The translations under genes and the position numbers were made by a program. Below are positions 12,428-24,912 of a stretch of DNA of 59,560 nt, one piece after another. Position 1 is the first letter of the stretch; every line of letters begins with the position of its first letter. Under the pieces are notes generated by a model. That model worked only from the letters and a program-made list of their open reading frames with translations. It was not told the origin of the DNA and searched no databases. Source of the DNA: Catajapyx aquilonaris (Eukaryota); the NCBI GenBank assembly GCA_000934665.2, contig JYFJ02002295.1, forward strand, positions 1 through 59,560, read 5' to 3'.

Positions 12428-12774
12428 GTATGTACTATACAGTATATTCGGTACACTGCCTGTGTCCACAGTTCAAGAGTGAGCAGGGAAATAAGTTATA
12501 CGGATTGTTCACTCCAACAATCAGTTTGAACGGAAGAAATCTTAGAGAAAGCAACAATTATGGACTCATTCACTTGCCGTAATTGTTGCTTATGTAAAAA
12601 CTGGCTGGTGGGGATATACAATTCTGAACATCTCTCCACCTCCATTGTTGGACCTCCATTTCGTATATTTATCCCCACGTCACATAAACTACTCTCAAAT
12701 ATATTGTTAACTTCGCATAAGCACAGTAGGCTACAGACCAGATGGAACACATAAGCTTGCTGGGAGACAGTTTC

Positions 12775-12913
12775 AAAAAGAACCAGACCATTGCCACCGA
12801 TCATGCCAGTAATGCATCCCCGCCAGGAATCGAACCTGGGACTCACAATTAGCTCTACCACTGAGCTACGGGGAACGAGTGTGGATGATCAGGCAGCAGC
12901 CTACATTGCTAAC
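12775..12913 (-). ncRNA. Candidate Pol III structured RNA with anticodon-less tRNA-like domain, copy 2 (within repeat unit 12689-13016)
   Basis: Same architecture as 5529-5670; perfect TCCCCG/CGGGGA acceptor-like stem and CCAGG/CCTGG T stem. Confidence 0.4.
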
Positions 12914-13054
12914 CTATAACATTACACAAAAGACTATAAAACTGGTTTCATACCCACAAGGATGATGGCGGAAGTGTTCATCATGTACATCCTGAAAATG
13001 GAAACCTGATAATGAATTGGAATATTATATCAAGACATCACGAGACACACTTAC

Positions 13055-13146
13055 CTTCCCAAGTGGCTAGCAGGTTGAGGAGGAAATGGCAGAGCGCAAT
13101 GGCAGACATGCTTTTATATGAGCGCGCCAATGGACGTGACGATTGG
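13055..13146 (-). promoter_or_regulatory. Putative trissin core promoter and non-coding exon 1
   Basis: CCAAT motifs (13146-13142; 13127-13131), CGTCA half-CRE, TATAAAA (13118-13112), Inr-like CCATTT about 30 nt downstream, strong donor GAAG|gtaagt at 13055/13054. Confidence 0.6.
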
Positions 13147-14913
13147 AGGAAGTTGGGTGGATAGATTCTAAGGTGGGCGGGGGTGAAAGGAGGGGGGTGA
13201 GGGGTGTATTACGGTTGCCTGGATATAAGAGATCGAATGCATTGCTTCTTGCCTTTTGACACCCCACCTGGAAGAATAAGTTGCCGTGTCAAGAAAACTT
13301 GAAAGTTTTTTTACCGAAGGGGTTATGGGAATGACGCAATGGGGACGAACCTATGCGGGTGATTTGGGAATCATGCGCAAATTCACGTAATGTAGGTGGG
13401 TGTTACGTGGTATGGCTAATGGAACGTGCTATGTCTAATGGAACATGCTGAGACTATACAATTACGGGCCTGCGTGCATATGTGTCGTAATGTCCTTTAT
13501 GTGTGCATTGTGTAGGTCAAATTGTCTTGGAGCTACACAACCATCAGCACTTTGCCAAAGTGAAAGGTATTCCTCCATAACTGTAACCTTAGTCGAGAGC
13601 TGACTATTGCATCAGGTTATTATTGGTCTATTTTATTTTACTTTTGATGACATACATCAGAAGACTTCTCTTTACCCACAGAACCTTGGAATGTGTCACA
13701 CCTAAAATTATGATCGTATTACACTGACTGTTCATGGTTTGTTCACCATGTTAAATGCAGGCGGCCATTATGCATAAGAAGTTGATCAGTGCACTGAAAT
13801 TCTGAACCACCCACTATCATATACATATCACTTTTTTGTACCATGAATCTCAATTTTTGGCAATTTATGTGGCACGTGCAACTTTACAATCGATACGAGG
13901 CAGTTGCATATAAGCCAATACAAATTCTTCACTCTGGGTCCATCGTGCTTGGTCGAAGACAGAAAATAAAAGTCTTAACCAGCATGTCAAAACTCATATC
14001 CATAGCATGAAAAGTTCAAAGCCATGGACTATCATTATGAAATGTTAAATTACTTGTTAGAATTTGGACTGATTGTGTCACACGACCGTTAAATGTTTAC
14101 TTCGGTTTTGTCATAGCTTGGAATAATAAGTTATACTGATGTCTAGGATATAATTATTATGTAACCTGAAGTGGCACGACTGACACACAGAGAAAGGAGT
14201 GTTACTTTTAGGAGTAGGAACCAATTTTGTATGGCCGATTGCGTTCTTCTCCCTTACACGTGTGCAAAATACCATCAACGTGGTATTCTCTGGAGCAAAG
14301 GGCTTACTGAATTATCCTCACTGTAGTCGATGTGGCAAAGAATACTGGTGCAGCATGTTACGTGTTTGACTGATGATGCTTTTAAAACACTAAAGGTAAT
14401 GATTACAAAAATCGGTACACCTTCCAACAGAACTATCAGTCCAATAATTATGTGACATTGCAACTGATTACATCTCTGTAATAGACGTGAGGTTAAAATC
14501 AATAAGATCAATAAATAAATTCACATTTTATATAAAAATTCGGGCAGGAGTGAGAACAAGAAGCCCACTATACTTCAGACAAGTTAGTGTGAGATCGGTA
14601 TTGTTGGTTGACTTGCACACTAAAGACCCTTTAAAAAATGTCTCAAGTGTACTGAAAGTAGTATGGGAGGAAGAAGTACTGTATGTACAGTACATCTTGT
14701 AAGCAACTTTCATCACATTTCGAAGGTGATCCTGACAACAATCCTGACAACAATATTTCCAAAGGACTTATAAAACTGCAGGATGGAAAGGAAAGTGGTT
14801 ATCACACTCCCTGGTAGGGTACAGTAGGCCTATTTCAGGTGCCATTTTTCTGCCAAAATCTTTAATAAAGCGCATTACTACAGTATTTTTTGGGGGGTCC
14901 CACCAATCAAATA

Positions 14914-15471
14914 CAGTTGACTCCGGATATAACAGACTTCAAGGGACCGCGGAAAAGTCTGTTATAACCGAGGTCTGTTATAGCCAAATCGCCACTTTTC
15001 AACGAATACACAAAGTTTTCTGTTTCCGTATGCTTATAATGCCCACTACTGCATACATTAACGAAACTATCCACGAAAATGCAAAATTAGGTCACCCGCA
15101 AATTACACAGGGCCAAAAAAAATCAGTAATATATTTTCTTCTGCCTTCTCCTTGTTGCCAAATATACTAGAAAAAGTATCATTTTAAGTAGCTTTGATCA
15201 GTGACAGATGTGAAAATCATCCCCGCTCCTGCATGTATTCTATATGCCTTCCTGCACATGGGAGAGGAAGTTGAATCATCAAAACCAGCATATTTTTCTG
15301 CCAAGATGCCAAAAATTGTATGCAATAGCCGAGGCGGGGTAAAATTAAGTCTGTTACATCAAGAGTAAAAATATGCATAAGGTCTTATGGACGCATGCCG
15401 GGGCCTGCCTTTCGAGTCTGTTATACCCGAAAGTTTGTTATAGCAGAGGCTGTTATATCCGGAGTCAACTG
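14914..15471 (+). mobile_element. pogo/Tigger-like MITE
   Basis: TIR CAGTTGACTCCGGATATAACAG, TA TSD, repeated subterminal GTCTGTTATA motifs. Confidence 0.85.
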
Positions 15472-17114
15472 TAGTTGTGTTTCCTTGACAATGATGTACT
15501 GTATATTGCGAATATTTTTGTCAGCAGAAGTACTTCTTATGGAGATAAGTGTATTGTTGTTGAAAACGTACAATTATTTCACCCATTATACGTGGTGGTT
15601 TTCAGTAGTGGGTCATCCGGTAGCAGCGTACTCTCTGGCCCAATTAAATACAAGTCAAAAAGTAGGGGTTAGAAATTGTGTATATTAAAAAACCATAATG
15701 ACTGGGACCCTTTGCAAGGAAGACGCACACCTTTTTGTAGGGAGATCGACTGGAAGACTGGGACGTTCGCTTGCAGGGTTGCCTAGGAAGCAGGATATGA
15801 ATGTGGTGATGATATCCGTTCTTCACCCGCCTTTGTTCAAATGGTTTTGTAGAATATAAAATAGATAAAAACCTTTTCTGAGCAAACTTTTCTTATTTTT
15901 AGCAACTTTAATTAATTCAGATTTCTTTTCCACGAAAATGATTGTGTACTTTTGCTGTCACATCCATTTTGGGAAGGTTACATGAAATCAAATGAGGGAA
16001 AAATCTCTGATTGTGTGTAGGCATTCACAATACATAATCGGACAAAATCGGAGGATTTCTCTTTGAGTTAATACAGCCGGTCTTTAAAAATTGACAGCAA
16101 AAGTACACAAAATTTTGCCATGAATTGCCATGAATTGTGCCAAACGGAAAGAATATATAGTATTTTATATTGATTCAGGAAAACTTATAGGGTGAACTCG
16201 AAACATTAGAGGATCACTTTATGATGTGAAGATATCTCTTGGTCTGCAATATCCTTACCGAGAAAATGGGCTTCAAATCTTAGGTATAAAAATTAATATC
16301 CTGGCAGGTATATGCGTTCCTCCTCTCGACCTTTCCGTTTTCATTTATGATGAGTTACCATCCCCTTTTCATTAAACTAAAATCTCATTAGATTCAGCTG
16401 GCAGTGGCGATGAAATGGAAATATGCTCACTTGAGGCTGTATTCGCCACATAGTGGGCGGTATATAAATGCGCTTTTTGTTAATAATGATCTCAGAGCAG
16501 GCTGAGGAGACCAAATGACACCTCCGCATAAATCGACGATTCCCTGGTGTGTAGAAGATTACTCTATAAGTACGGTACGTCTGAATCATTACGAGCACCG
16601 TGAATATGGTGTGCTCAAAATTGAACATACAACATAATTTTAGCACAGAGTAGGCAGGCGTTGTGACTCCTAAGAGCCTTTTGGCCTCTGTCCCATTGTA
16701 ATAATGAACAATAAATAAGCAATGAGGAATCAGGAAAGAATTTAGCTTGTACAAAAGCTATCAGGAGAAGCGAGGTTTCTGGAGTGTGGGAAGAAACGGG
16801 GGAACCCATCGAATCCCTTTCCACATGAGAAAATCATCTGTCCTACACGGGAACGAATGCAGGACGTCAGAAGTGGAAAGCTGTGGCGTTTGCCACTACA
16901 CTGGAGCGCCATGTTGCGACCCTTATCGCTGATAGACTTGTCGTGCATCTGTCTGGCGTCGCTGTTTTTATTGTACACTGCACAGTCAAATATTGGACTT
17001 CGCATCAAAAATGTGCTTACATTTTTCTGATATCATGACCGCATAACTGACTGACAGAAACTGGTATTCCCAAAAATGTGCACGAAACATGTGTCACTTA
17101 TATGAGTATACATA

Positions 17115-17500
17115 CATGGTGTTCACGAATTCGTCTGCCAAAATGGTACGGGTGGTATCGGGTGAGCATGGAAGAAGCATGGTACGGGCCCGAAAGGCCG
17201 TCGTTGATGTCCATCCTGACAAGTATGGATACCCCCGTGCATCCCTGCATCTCTGGTTGCCGGGGTCAGGCAATTGTGTAGAAGTTCGATCGCCTGGAAC
17301 CAGCAACCAGCAATGCAGGCATGCACGGAGGTTTCTCTACTTGTCAGGATGGACATTGTCGATGCCAAATATCGACATCTCCTAGACCTGTCCTGGACGT
17401 AGCGTCAAGTCGACGGCCTTTCGGGCCCATGCCATGCCTTCACCATACGCACCCCCGTACCACCCGCATCATTTTGGCACACGAATTCGTGATCACCCTG
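17115..17500. mobile_element. Palindromic Tc1/mariner-type MITE
   Basis: CA(T/G)GGTG(T/A)TCACGAATTCG termini, TA flanks, arms complementary nearly to the centre. Confidence 0.75.
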
Positions 17501-17689
17501 TATAAGTGACACAGTATCGTGCTAGGGAATACGGCTTCAGTGTATGTGAACAGGTAAAGGTTTTCCTTGTATTATTGTTCAAAAAGGTAATAACGTGGAC
17601 AGCTGTTATTTCGTATATCCTGACGCGATTTCCACTACTCGTACCGTACCAGGGCATCTCGCGATATGAGGCATGTGACGCAGGTATAG

Positions 17690-18583
17690 CCTCCTGAGAC
17701 CAAATGTCCATTTAAATGGACATCTGGAAAGGTTTTTTTGCCGCCAACTAGTGACGCCAACAAAACTGTAATCTGTTGGAATCCCATGATTACAATCTGG
17801 CCTCAATAGCTGTAGCCACCTAGCGTCAAATATCTGGCTTGGGCCGCGAAAATTAAATCGCGGACAAAATGGCGGATTCCGCTGCTGAAGCTAGGCGCTC
17901 ATCTGATCAGTTTTATTTTTTTACTCATATTTAGAATGCGATTTTCGCAATGCAGTGAATGTCCTGAGATTCGCAAGGAATGTGTCTTAGGAACTGCGAA
18001 AAGATGATTCTGTGACAATCTTTGTTGCTGTAGAGAACTGGTAATTTTCTTTTCTTCCTGAGACCAAATGCCCATTTAAATGGACATCCGAAAAATGGCT
18101 TTTTTAGCTGAATGGGTGTGACTTTTCTTTACGTGCCTGCACCTATACACCCATAAGGAACTGGGCTTTGCACTATGCTGTTCAGTTTTGAAATCTAGAA
18201 TAGCTAGGTACCACTTTAGCGGGTAAGAAGGGAAGGAGCAAGCCCCATCCCTGGAGTGGTGGCGTTAAAAAATAATTTCATTTATCCTTAATTGTCTTCT
18301 GAGAGGAATTGCTACCACGAATACCACAAATAAATTTTAAAAACATTGTTTGGAGGATAGAGCACTATGTGAGTGATCCATTAAGTGGTATTTCAATTTT
18401 CAGCTTTCATCCGTTCTGCTTTTGTAGTACCAATTGGGTCCTAATGTTCTCATTGGTTGTTTGTCGCCATTTTTGTCGATATTTTAAAACTAAAATTTTT
18501 TCTCGTTTCTTATTGGGAAAATGTTCAGAAAATGCAAGAGGAACTGATATTGCGTTACTCAATTCTTCTCGGGTCTCAGGAGG
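17690..18583. mobile_element. Degenerate piggyBac-like non-autonomous element
   Basis: 12-bp TIR CCTCCTGAGACC/GGTCTCAGGAGG and an internal direct repeat of the left end near 18057; TTAA TSD not intact. Confidence 0.4.
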
Positions 18584-20029
18584 ATAGTGACACACAGCCA
18601 AAAGTTTCAGCGTTTATGTTATTATCTATTGGTGCGTAGACATTTGTCACATACAATTTATTACTTTTTACAACTGTTTTAGGCCAAAGAAGCCAGTCTC
18701 GTCAGCATGGAATATTTCAAGAGTAAGAAACACGAATATCCATCGTGCTATATTTTCTCATAATAATTATAATCTCGTACAGTACCGAATTCATGCAGCA
18801 AAGACGAAAATACTTGTCAAGTTTATTGCAATTTGTCTGCCGCGATAATATTTTTGGTCATGAAGCATACCCATAATATATTTTTGGACCAAAATATTCC
18901 TGATCGAAAATTTCAGGACACCGCTACATGGGAACATCGGATTTGACTGCAATCTAAAATCGCCACACGCACTCCGACCGATTCTTAAGAACTTCTTAAG
19001 AATCGGAGTGCGTGTGCCAAGATGATTATTAATAAAACATGGACAATTGGACATGATCAAATATTGTGGCTGGCACTCAGATAAAAGTAGCACTGTCAAA
19101 AAATTATTAATATGGATAATTCAGTTGGGAGCTTGGAAAACCTTGTGTAATCAACAGAAAACAAATGCATAAATGATATTTATAGGCCCATAATAGTTAT
19201 GTTTATATCACCTAGCATAGACATGCCATCTTATATACGAACTAAAATTATATTACTGTATTGCCTGAGTAATTAACTTATAAACAAAACATTGCGCTCT
19301 AAGGGGAATATAATAATAATAATTGACAATGGTCCAACGGTAGCATATTAAAAGACACGCTATTCTTTAGAATCATGAAGACTACTGGGTTGCACTCATG
19401 AACTTGCATGTATTCAAGAGGTTCATATGGTCATCACAACATAACTATGCTTCTAGCGCAATGTAGCCACTGCTGCTGTTTCGCCATTAAAAGCCTAATT
19501 AATCAGTCATAGTCAAGTTCAGGACAGTTCATTATAAAGCATATTCAATCATTCACACACATACTACCACGGTTACGTCGATGTCTCTTAAGAGACTCCA
19601 AGCAGATTTTAAATGTATGTAAAAATGTAGCCCATTAATGTCTTCCATCAGCGACCTTTACGCTGCGATTACATAGTTCCCGTAGAAGAAGCCAATGATA
19701 ATGTATTATAGGCCTACGAACAACATGGTAAAATAACTTTGGTAAAATAATTGCTCTGCATCATTTCTGGCAGGCTCTGGCTGTATAACTGTACGGCGGT
19801 ACTTACAATATACAGTATATCCTACACGTCCTATATCTTCACATTCTATTCGCCATAATAATGATCTTCCACTATGGTCCGGTCCAAAGAGGTCCGAATA
19901 GTAGCTAAGTAGCCCTGTATCGCGCAAATACTGGGATAAAGTATAGGCCTGTAATATTATTTTAATATTGCGCTGGCATATCCTTTCAAACTTGGTTATT
20001 ACAAAGAGATAAAATCAATTTCGTGGACC

Positions 20030-20596
20030 TCCTTACCACTTTTATTAGATGTACAGTAGATATTGACCTCAAACGCTTAGAAGATTCAACTTCTCGCTAT
20101 ACCCACTATAAATATAATTATTAAATTTGATTACATGATGGAACAACATTTTCACCTGGACCTCCCCCTCCCTGCATTACGTCTATAAATCTGCCCAACA
20201 ATTCTAACACTTTCTGGTTAGATGGATATGTTGTTAGATTCGATGATATTCAGTTCTGTTCTCTCTGTAATGAAACTTCCTCTTTCTTTAACTTGCATCA
20301 CTCTCTTTACTCCTGTCGATTTAAAAAAATGGTAGACAGCGTTACTTAAGCGATATGCCTTCCGCGCCACCAAATAAATTCCATCATGTTTTTTGTGGCT
20401 GCTCTAAACCTGACATTCTTAATTTGTATAATTTTTTCAAAGATGCTTGTAAATTACTGAAATTTTGTGACATTGTTTTGTAGAGTGTTCGGTTTCGACA
20501 CCATCTGTTACTTGTTACTATAATTATATATGAGTCCCCCCCTACTATGGAACGCCAGTTCCTTTCGGGGGGAGTATCAATAAATTTGATTTGATT
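20030..20596 (+). mobile_element. Degenerate LINE 3' end (ORF2 C-terminal CCHC region, 3'UTR, TTTGA tail)
   Basis: 20221-20320 translates DGYVVRFDDIQFCSLCNETSSFFNLHHSLYSC, continuing after a frameshift as RQRYLSDMP...LYNFFKDAC; ends AATAAA-TTTGATTTGATT. Left boundary approximate. Confidence 0.55.
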
Positions 20597-22157
20597 ATTT
20601 TAATATTACATAATTATGCTAAACTCTGTGGTGGTAACGAATGTCCTTCACGTACCTGTCTTCCTGAAAGATGTGATGTGATGCAATTTTATCAGGGATA
20701 CCAATCCAAAATCATCCGAAAGAGAATGAGAGCATAAAAGGTATATTATAATATTCAACCTATTTTTTCGTGTCCTTTAGAAAAGTTGCCCCAAGAAGAA
20801 AGCGACTTATAAATTGTAACGACCTTAGAATATAACTTTGATAAGATATTCTCTTGCAACTCCCTCATTATAACTCAGTCCCCTGGTATATGCTAAATAA
20901 CGTAACTGACACAGATGTTACATCTCCTCCTCCCATCTAAATCTACCTCAAAAAGAAATCCTAAATACGGCCTTCGTATGTTGGAACCTTTATAAATATG
21001 AATTGAAGACCAGCTTAACGAAGTAGCAATATAATTAAAATGCAAATGAATTTCTTTATCACCAAGACTAGAGGATACGAATTAATGTCCTATGGGAATG
21101 CGAGACGAGAGGGATCAAAGGATTGAGAGGTCAGCTCGGGAGGGATAAGGTGAACTTAGCTCTGTTGGCAAGGAGAGCGAATATTCAGAGCTAATTAAGA
21201 GAATGACGGGTAGCAAGCAATGCCAGGGCTCTCTGATTTTCAGATCATGGTTTCCCTCCCCTCAAAACCTGCTTGCAAATTCTGATGGTGTCGGACTGCT
21301 TCGGATTAAGGAGCAATTGGTTGCTTGCATTGCCTCCCTCGTGGCGATCACTGTTTGATCCTTCTTTTTAATCAGGCTGCAGGAAATATGCACTAACACT
21401 CCAGTTATATGGCACAGAGTCTAAGGAATTCGTATGTTCTTTTTTGCGTTGTAATTGATGTGGGTTGCAAGAAATTAGATGATACTCCGAGTATGTTCAG
21501 CATACTGTGGGAGGAACGTCGCAGAGCAAGACGGCCGGTTGTTATGACAATGAAGGTGTAACATGTACTGTACAGTAATACTCACCAGCCATGCAATGTA
21601 ATCTTCAGTTCAATCCAGCTCGCATTATTCTGTAAAACTGTTGTTCTAATGTGCCACTGATTGCTCTACATTTCATTTGCATTTGGACTGGTGCACATGT
21701 TATAAATGCAATATATTAATCGTATAGCATCATAAATGTGAAGTAATGACTATTCATCCAGATATACTACAGTAGTACAAAAGAAAACGCCAGAAGAAAC
21801 CCACACAGTAGTTGTAGTAGGCAAATGCAGGAAGTGTCATAATGATTCGAATTTCTAGAGTGATCTCATGTGCACCAAAGGATCACTTTATGAAAAGGCG
21901 TCATTTTGTCTCCTCATAACTACAGGGTGACTCTAAGGTCTGTGTCCCTTACTTAAAAACAGGGTGGCCAGTATTAATCTCCAAAGTAATGGGCAAGTAT
22001 AGTTCCATCCCTTGACCTATACGCTAACACCCTGCTAACACCAAAATATTCAGCTGAGACATTATATAATGCTGGATAATGCAATAAACTATTTTTGGAG
22101 AGTACTGTAATACCGTAGATCAAGATATAAAAACTCCCTCCTTCAGGTATGATTGTA

Positions 22158-23089
22158 CAGGGTGATTCTCTCGAATGGAAACCCAAACATTCCTCAATAC
22201 CTTTTTAAATATGGTATGGTTCCCGATGAAAATTAACATGTACTTGCCTTGTATCATGCCAAACAAGGTCTGAATAAAGAATTTACCAACAGTAGTCCCC
22301 TCCAGCATCCAAGAATTTTTTAATCCGAGTCTGCATATTGCCGAAGACTCCTGCAGATGACCGGCGGGAAAGGCTCAACTCCCGCCCACCCGCCTGCTTG
22401 GTGAGAGGGGATCGCAAGGCCACGGTCCCGTTGCCATCAGATGCTCTCTCACCCAGCAGGCGGGCGGGTGGGAATGGATGGAATCGCCTTGGGGATCGCG
22501 CTCGCCTTCAATCTGCAGGAGTCTTCGGCAATATGCAGACTCGGATTAAAAAATTCTTGGATGCTGGAGGGGACCACTTTTGGTAAATTCTTTAGTCAGA
22601 CCTTGTTTGGCATGATACAAGGCAAGTACAGTACATGTTAATTTTCATCGGGAACCATACCATAGTTAAAAAGTTGGGGGAGGTGTGGTGGCCGTGATGG
22701 TAACGTCTCGGCTTGCTGAGTGAAAGGCCCCAGGTTCGAATCCCCACCTGGGGAACTTTCCTTTCACCTGCGTCAGGAGGGTCTCTGACCTGCACCAAGG
22801 AGGTGTCTGGCAACCTAACCTCCTGGGGAACAGCACATACCCCTTTACCGACATTGCACCCTGCACCCATGTTCCCTCCCCAAAAAATCCCTATCCTTTC
22901 CCATTGTCCCTGTTTCCTTGCACCGGTGATTGAAGCGAAAATATATCAGAAAACTGATGGTGGTATGCCACCCCCCTATAGCTCCCAAAAGAGACATCAC
23001 GGGGTAAAATAAATAAAAATAAAAATAAAAATAAATAGTTAAAAAGTTATTGAGGAATGTTTGGGTTTCCATTCGAGAGAATCACCCTG
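22158..23089. mobile_element. Palindromic Tc1/mariner-type MITE interrupted by a SINE
   Basis: TA|CAGGGTGATTCTCTCGAATGGAAACCCAAAC...CGAGAGAATCACCCTG|TA; ~200-bp arms. Confidence 0.85.
22676..23034 (+). mobile_element. tRNA-derived SINE, family A
   Basis: A/B boxes, A-rich tail, 14-bp TSD atagttaaaaagtt at 22662-22675 and 23035-23048. Confidence 0.85.
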
Positions 23090-23111
23090 TACGAGCCCAA
23101 TGCTGTATACC

Positions 23112-23113
<2 letters not shown>

Positions 23114-23157
<44 letters not shown>

Positions 23158-23486
23158 TGTGGGTAATGCTTTCACCCCTTACGGGGTATATCGCATGAGC
23201 CTTTATTTTATTTTCCAATTTTTCTTTTACCTTCCACTCCGGTGCAAGGAATCAAGGAATTTGGGTAAGGATAGGGATTTTTCGGGGAGGGGACACGGGT
23301 GCAAGTGCAAGGTCGGCAAAGAGGTCATGTGCTGTCCCCCAGGAGGTTAGGTTGCCAGACACCTCCTCGGTGCAGGTCAGAGACCCTCCTGACGCAGGTG
23401 AAAGGAAGTTCCCCAGGCAGGGATCGAACCTGGGGCCTTTCACTCAGCAAGCCGAGACGTTACCATCTCGGCCACCACACCTCCCC
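23114..23486 (-). mobile_element. tRNA-derived SINE, family A, (ATT)n tail
   Basis: Head and body homologous to the 22676 copy; 12-bp TSD gctgtataccta at 23102-23113 and 23487-23498. Confidence 0.85.
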
Positions 23487-23854
23487 GCTGTATACCTAGT
23501 ATCTTCCTTCTAAAGAGCGATAAAATCTTAATATAAGGGACTTATTGACACTACTCCAACCAACCAGATCATTTCCACCAAACCTCACCCGTCATTGGCC
23601 TAATTAAAGACCCTCAGGAAAATCAAACTTTTCCAAACTTATTAAGAGATCTGCAAAGTTTTCTCTTTCTGACTTTGTAGAGCATGTATTTGCCGCCGAA
23701 GGAATAACATTTCCCAAAGGGAGGTCACGGTCCTTAGTTACGAACTTCATATACTAACATTATATCCATGGAAACTAAGACGACTGCTTCGTTGAAGTCA
23801 CTTGAAGTAGCCAATTATTAGCAAACCGTAAATGTCAATGGCCCGTGCTCCCTG

Positions 23855-24192
23855 CAGCGCCGGATTTACCAACCCCCCCCCCCCCCCCGCCTGACGCTTA
23901 AAAATACCCCCAAAAATATTGTGTTTATATCTCCTTCATTTAATGTTATTTTATTTTAAAATATTATATTGAAACTTATGGCCGGCCAGAGGGTGGCCGC
24001 CCTTCAGAAATTACCTTTTCTGCCTGTAGTGGTAAATCCAGTGCTCAAAAATTCGATTTTCTTTGCGATCTCGCCTTAATTTCCTATTATTGTATTTGAG
24101 AAATATTATTTATTGCAACTCGCGGCCGCCCCTATACATGACGGCCGCCCCTAGGCCAGTGCCTACTGTGCCTAATGGGAAATCCGCCACTG
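23855..24192. mobile_element. hAT-type MITE
   Basis: CAGCGCCGGATTT...AAATCCGCCACTG termini; 8-bp TSD gctccctg/gctccatg. Confidence 0.65.
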
Positions 24193-24574
24193 GCTCCATG
24201 TGTCAAAACCGAACCTCCTGACATAACCGAGCCCAGGAGCTGCTTTCCGGGAAATCCTGTTGAATATTCCACTCCATTGCAATCCAAAGGTAATCTAGAG
24301 AGGGACGTCTTTATCAAAACGTGAAATAAAGGGCAAGCGATGAGACGTATAGGCATATACGTATTCCAATTAGGCAAGAAAATGGCTGAAAATGATACCG
24401 CTCCTCTCTGGTTATGTTTAATGTTTTACATTCGGTTCAAGCTTAATTGATGGAGAGCTTCGGATAATGGGAAGTGAAGCTTTCGCAATTATGCAAAACA
24501 GGTGAGGTATTTGAAAAATATTATATGCCTCTAAGGGTATGTCCCGCATTATTATTAGACTATATTTATTTGAA

Positions 24575-24863
24575 CCGAAGCAAGTTGGTGTGGTGGTTAA
24601 GGAGCCCGACTGCTAATCGGGAGGTCCTGAGTTCGAATCCCGTGGCCAGCAACCCTGACCGTGGTTTTCTGTGGGTTTCCACGGTCCCCCCCAGGATAAT
24701 TCCGGGGTTGTTTCCGTATAATAGGCCACAGCCGCCTTCTCCCTTCCCTATCCTTGGCCCCATCTAATGGTGGTACTCCACCCCCCTAATGGAGCGCCGA
24801 TTCTCCCAATAAATTCTCCCAATAAATTCTCCCAATAAATTCTCCGAAATAAATAAATAAACA

Positions 24864-24901
<38 letters not shown>

Positions 24902-24912
24902 AAATAAATATT
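24575..24912 (+). mobile_element. tRNA-derived SINE, family B
   Basis: A/B boxes; tail with (ttctcccaataaa)x3 and (CAAT)n; 12-bp TSD tatttatttgaa. Confidence 0.85.

Noticed and set aside
18674..18705. Hammerhead-like CTGACGAG on the minus strand (also CCGATGAG near 28611 and CTGATGAG near 56689)
   Set aside because: Core GAAA or stem II is missing or unpaired; no supportable ribozyme.
24801..24897. Short tandem repeats resembling an array
   Set aside because: No spacers; SINE tail slippage. No CRISPR, rRNA or canonical tRNA gene is supportable in this window.
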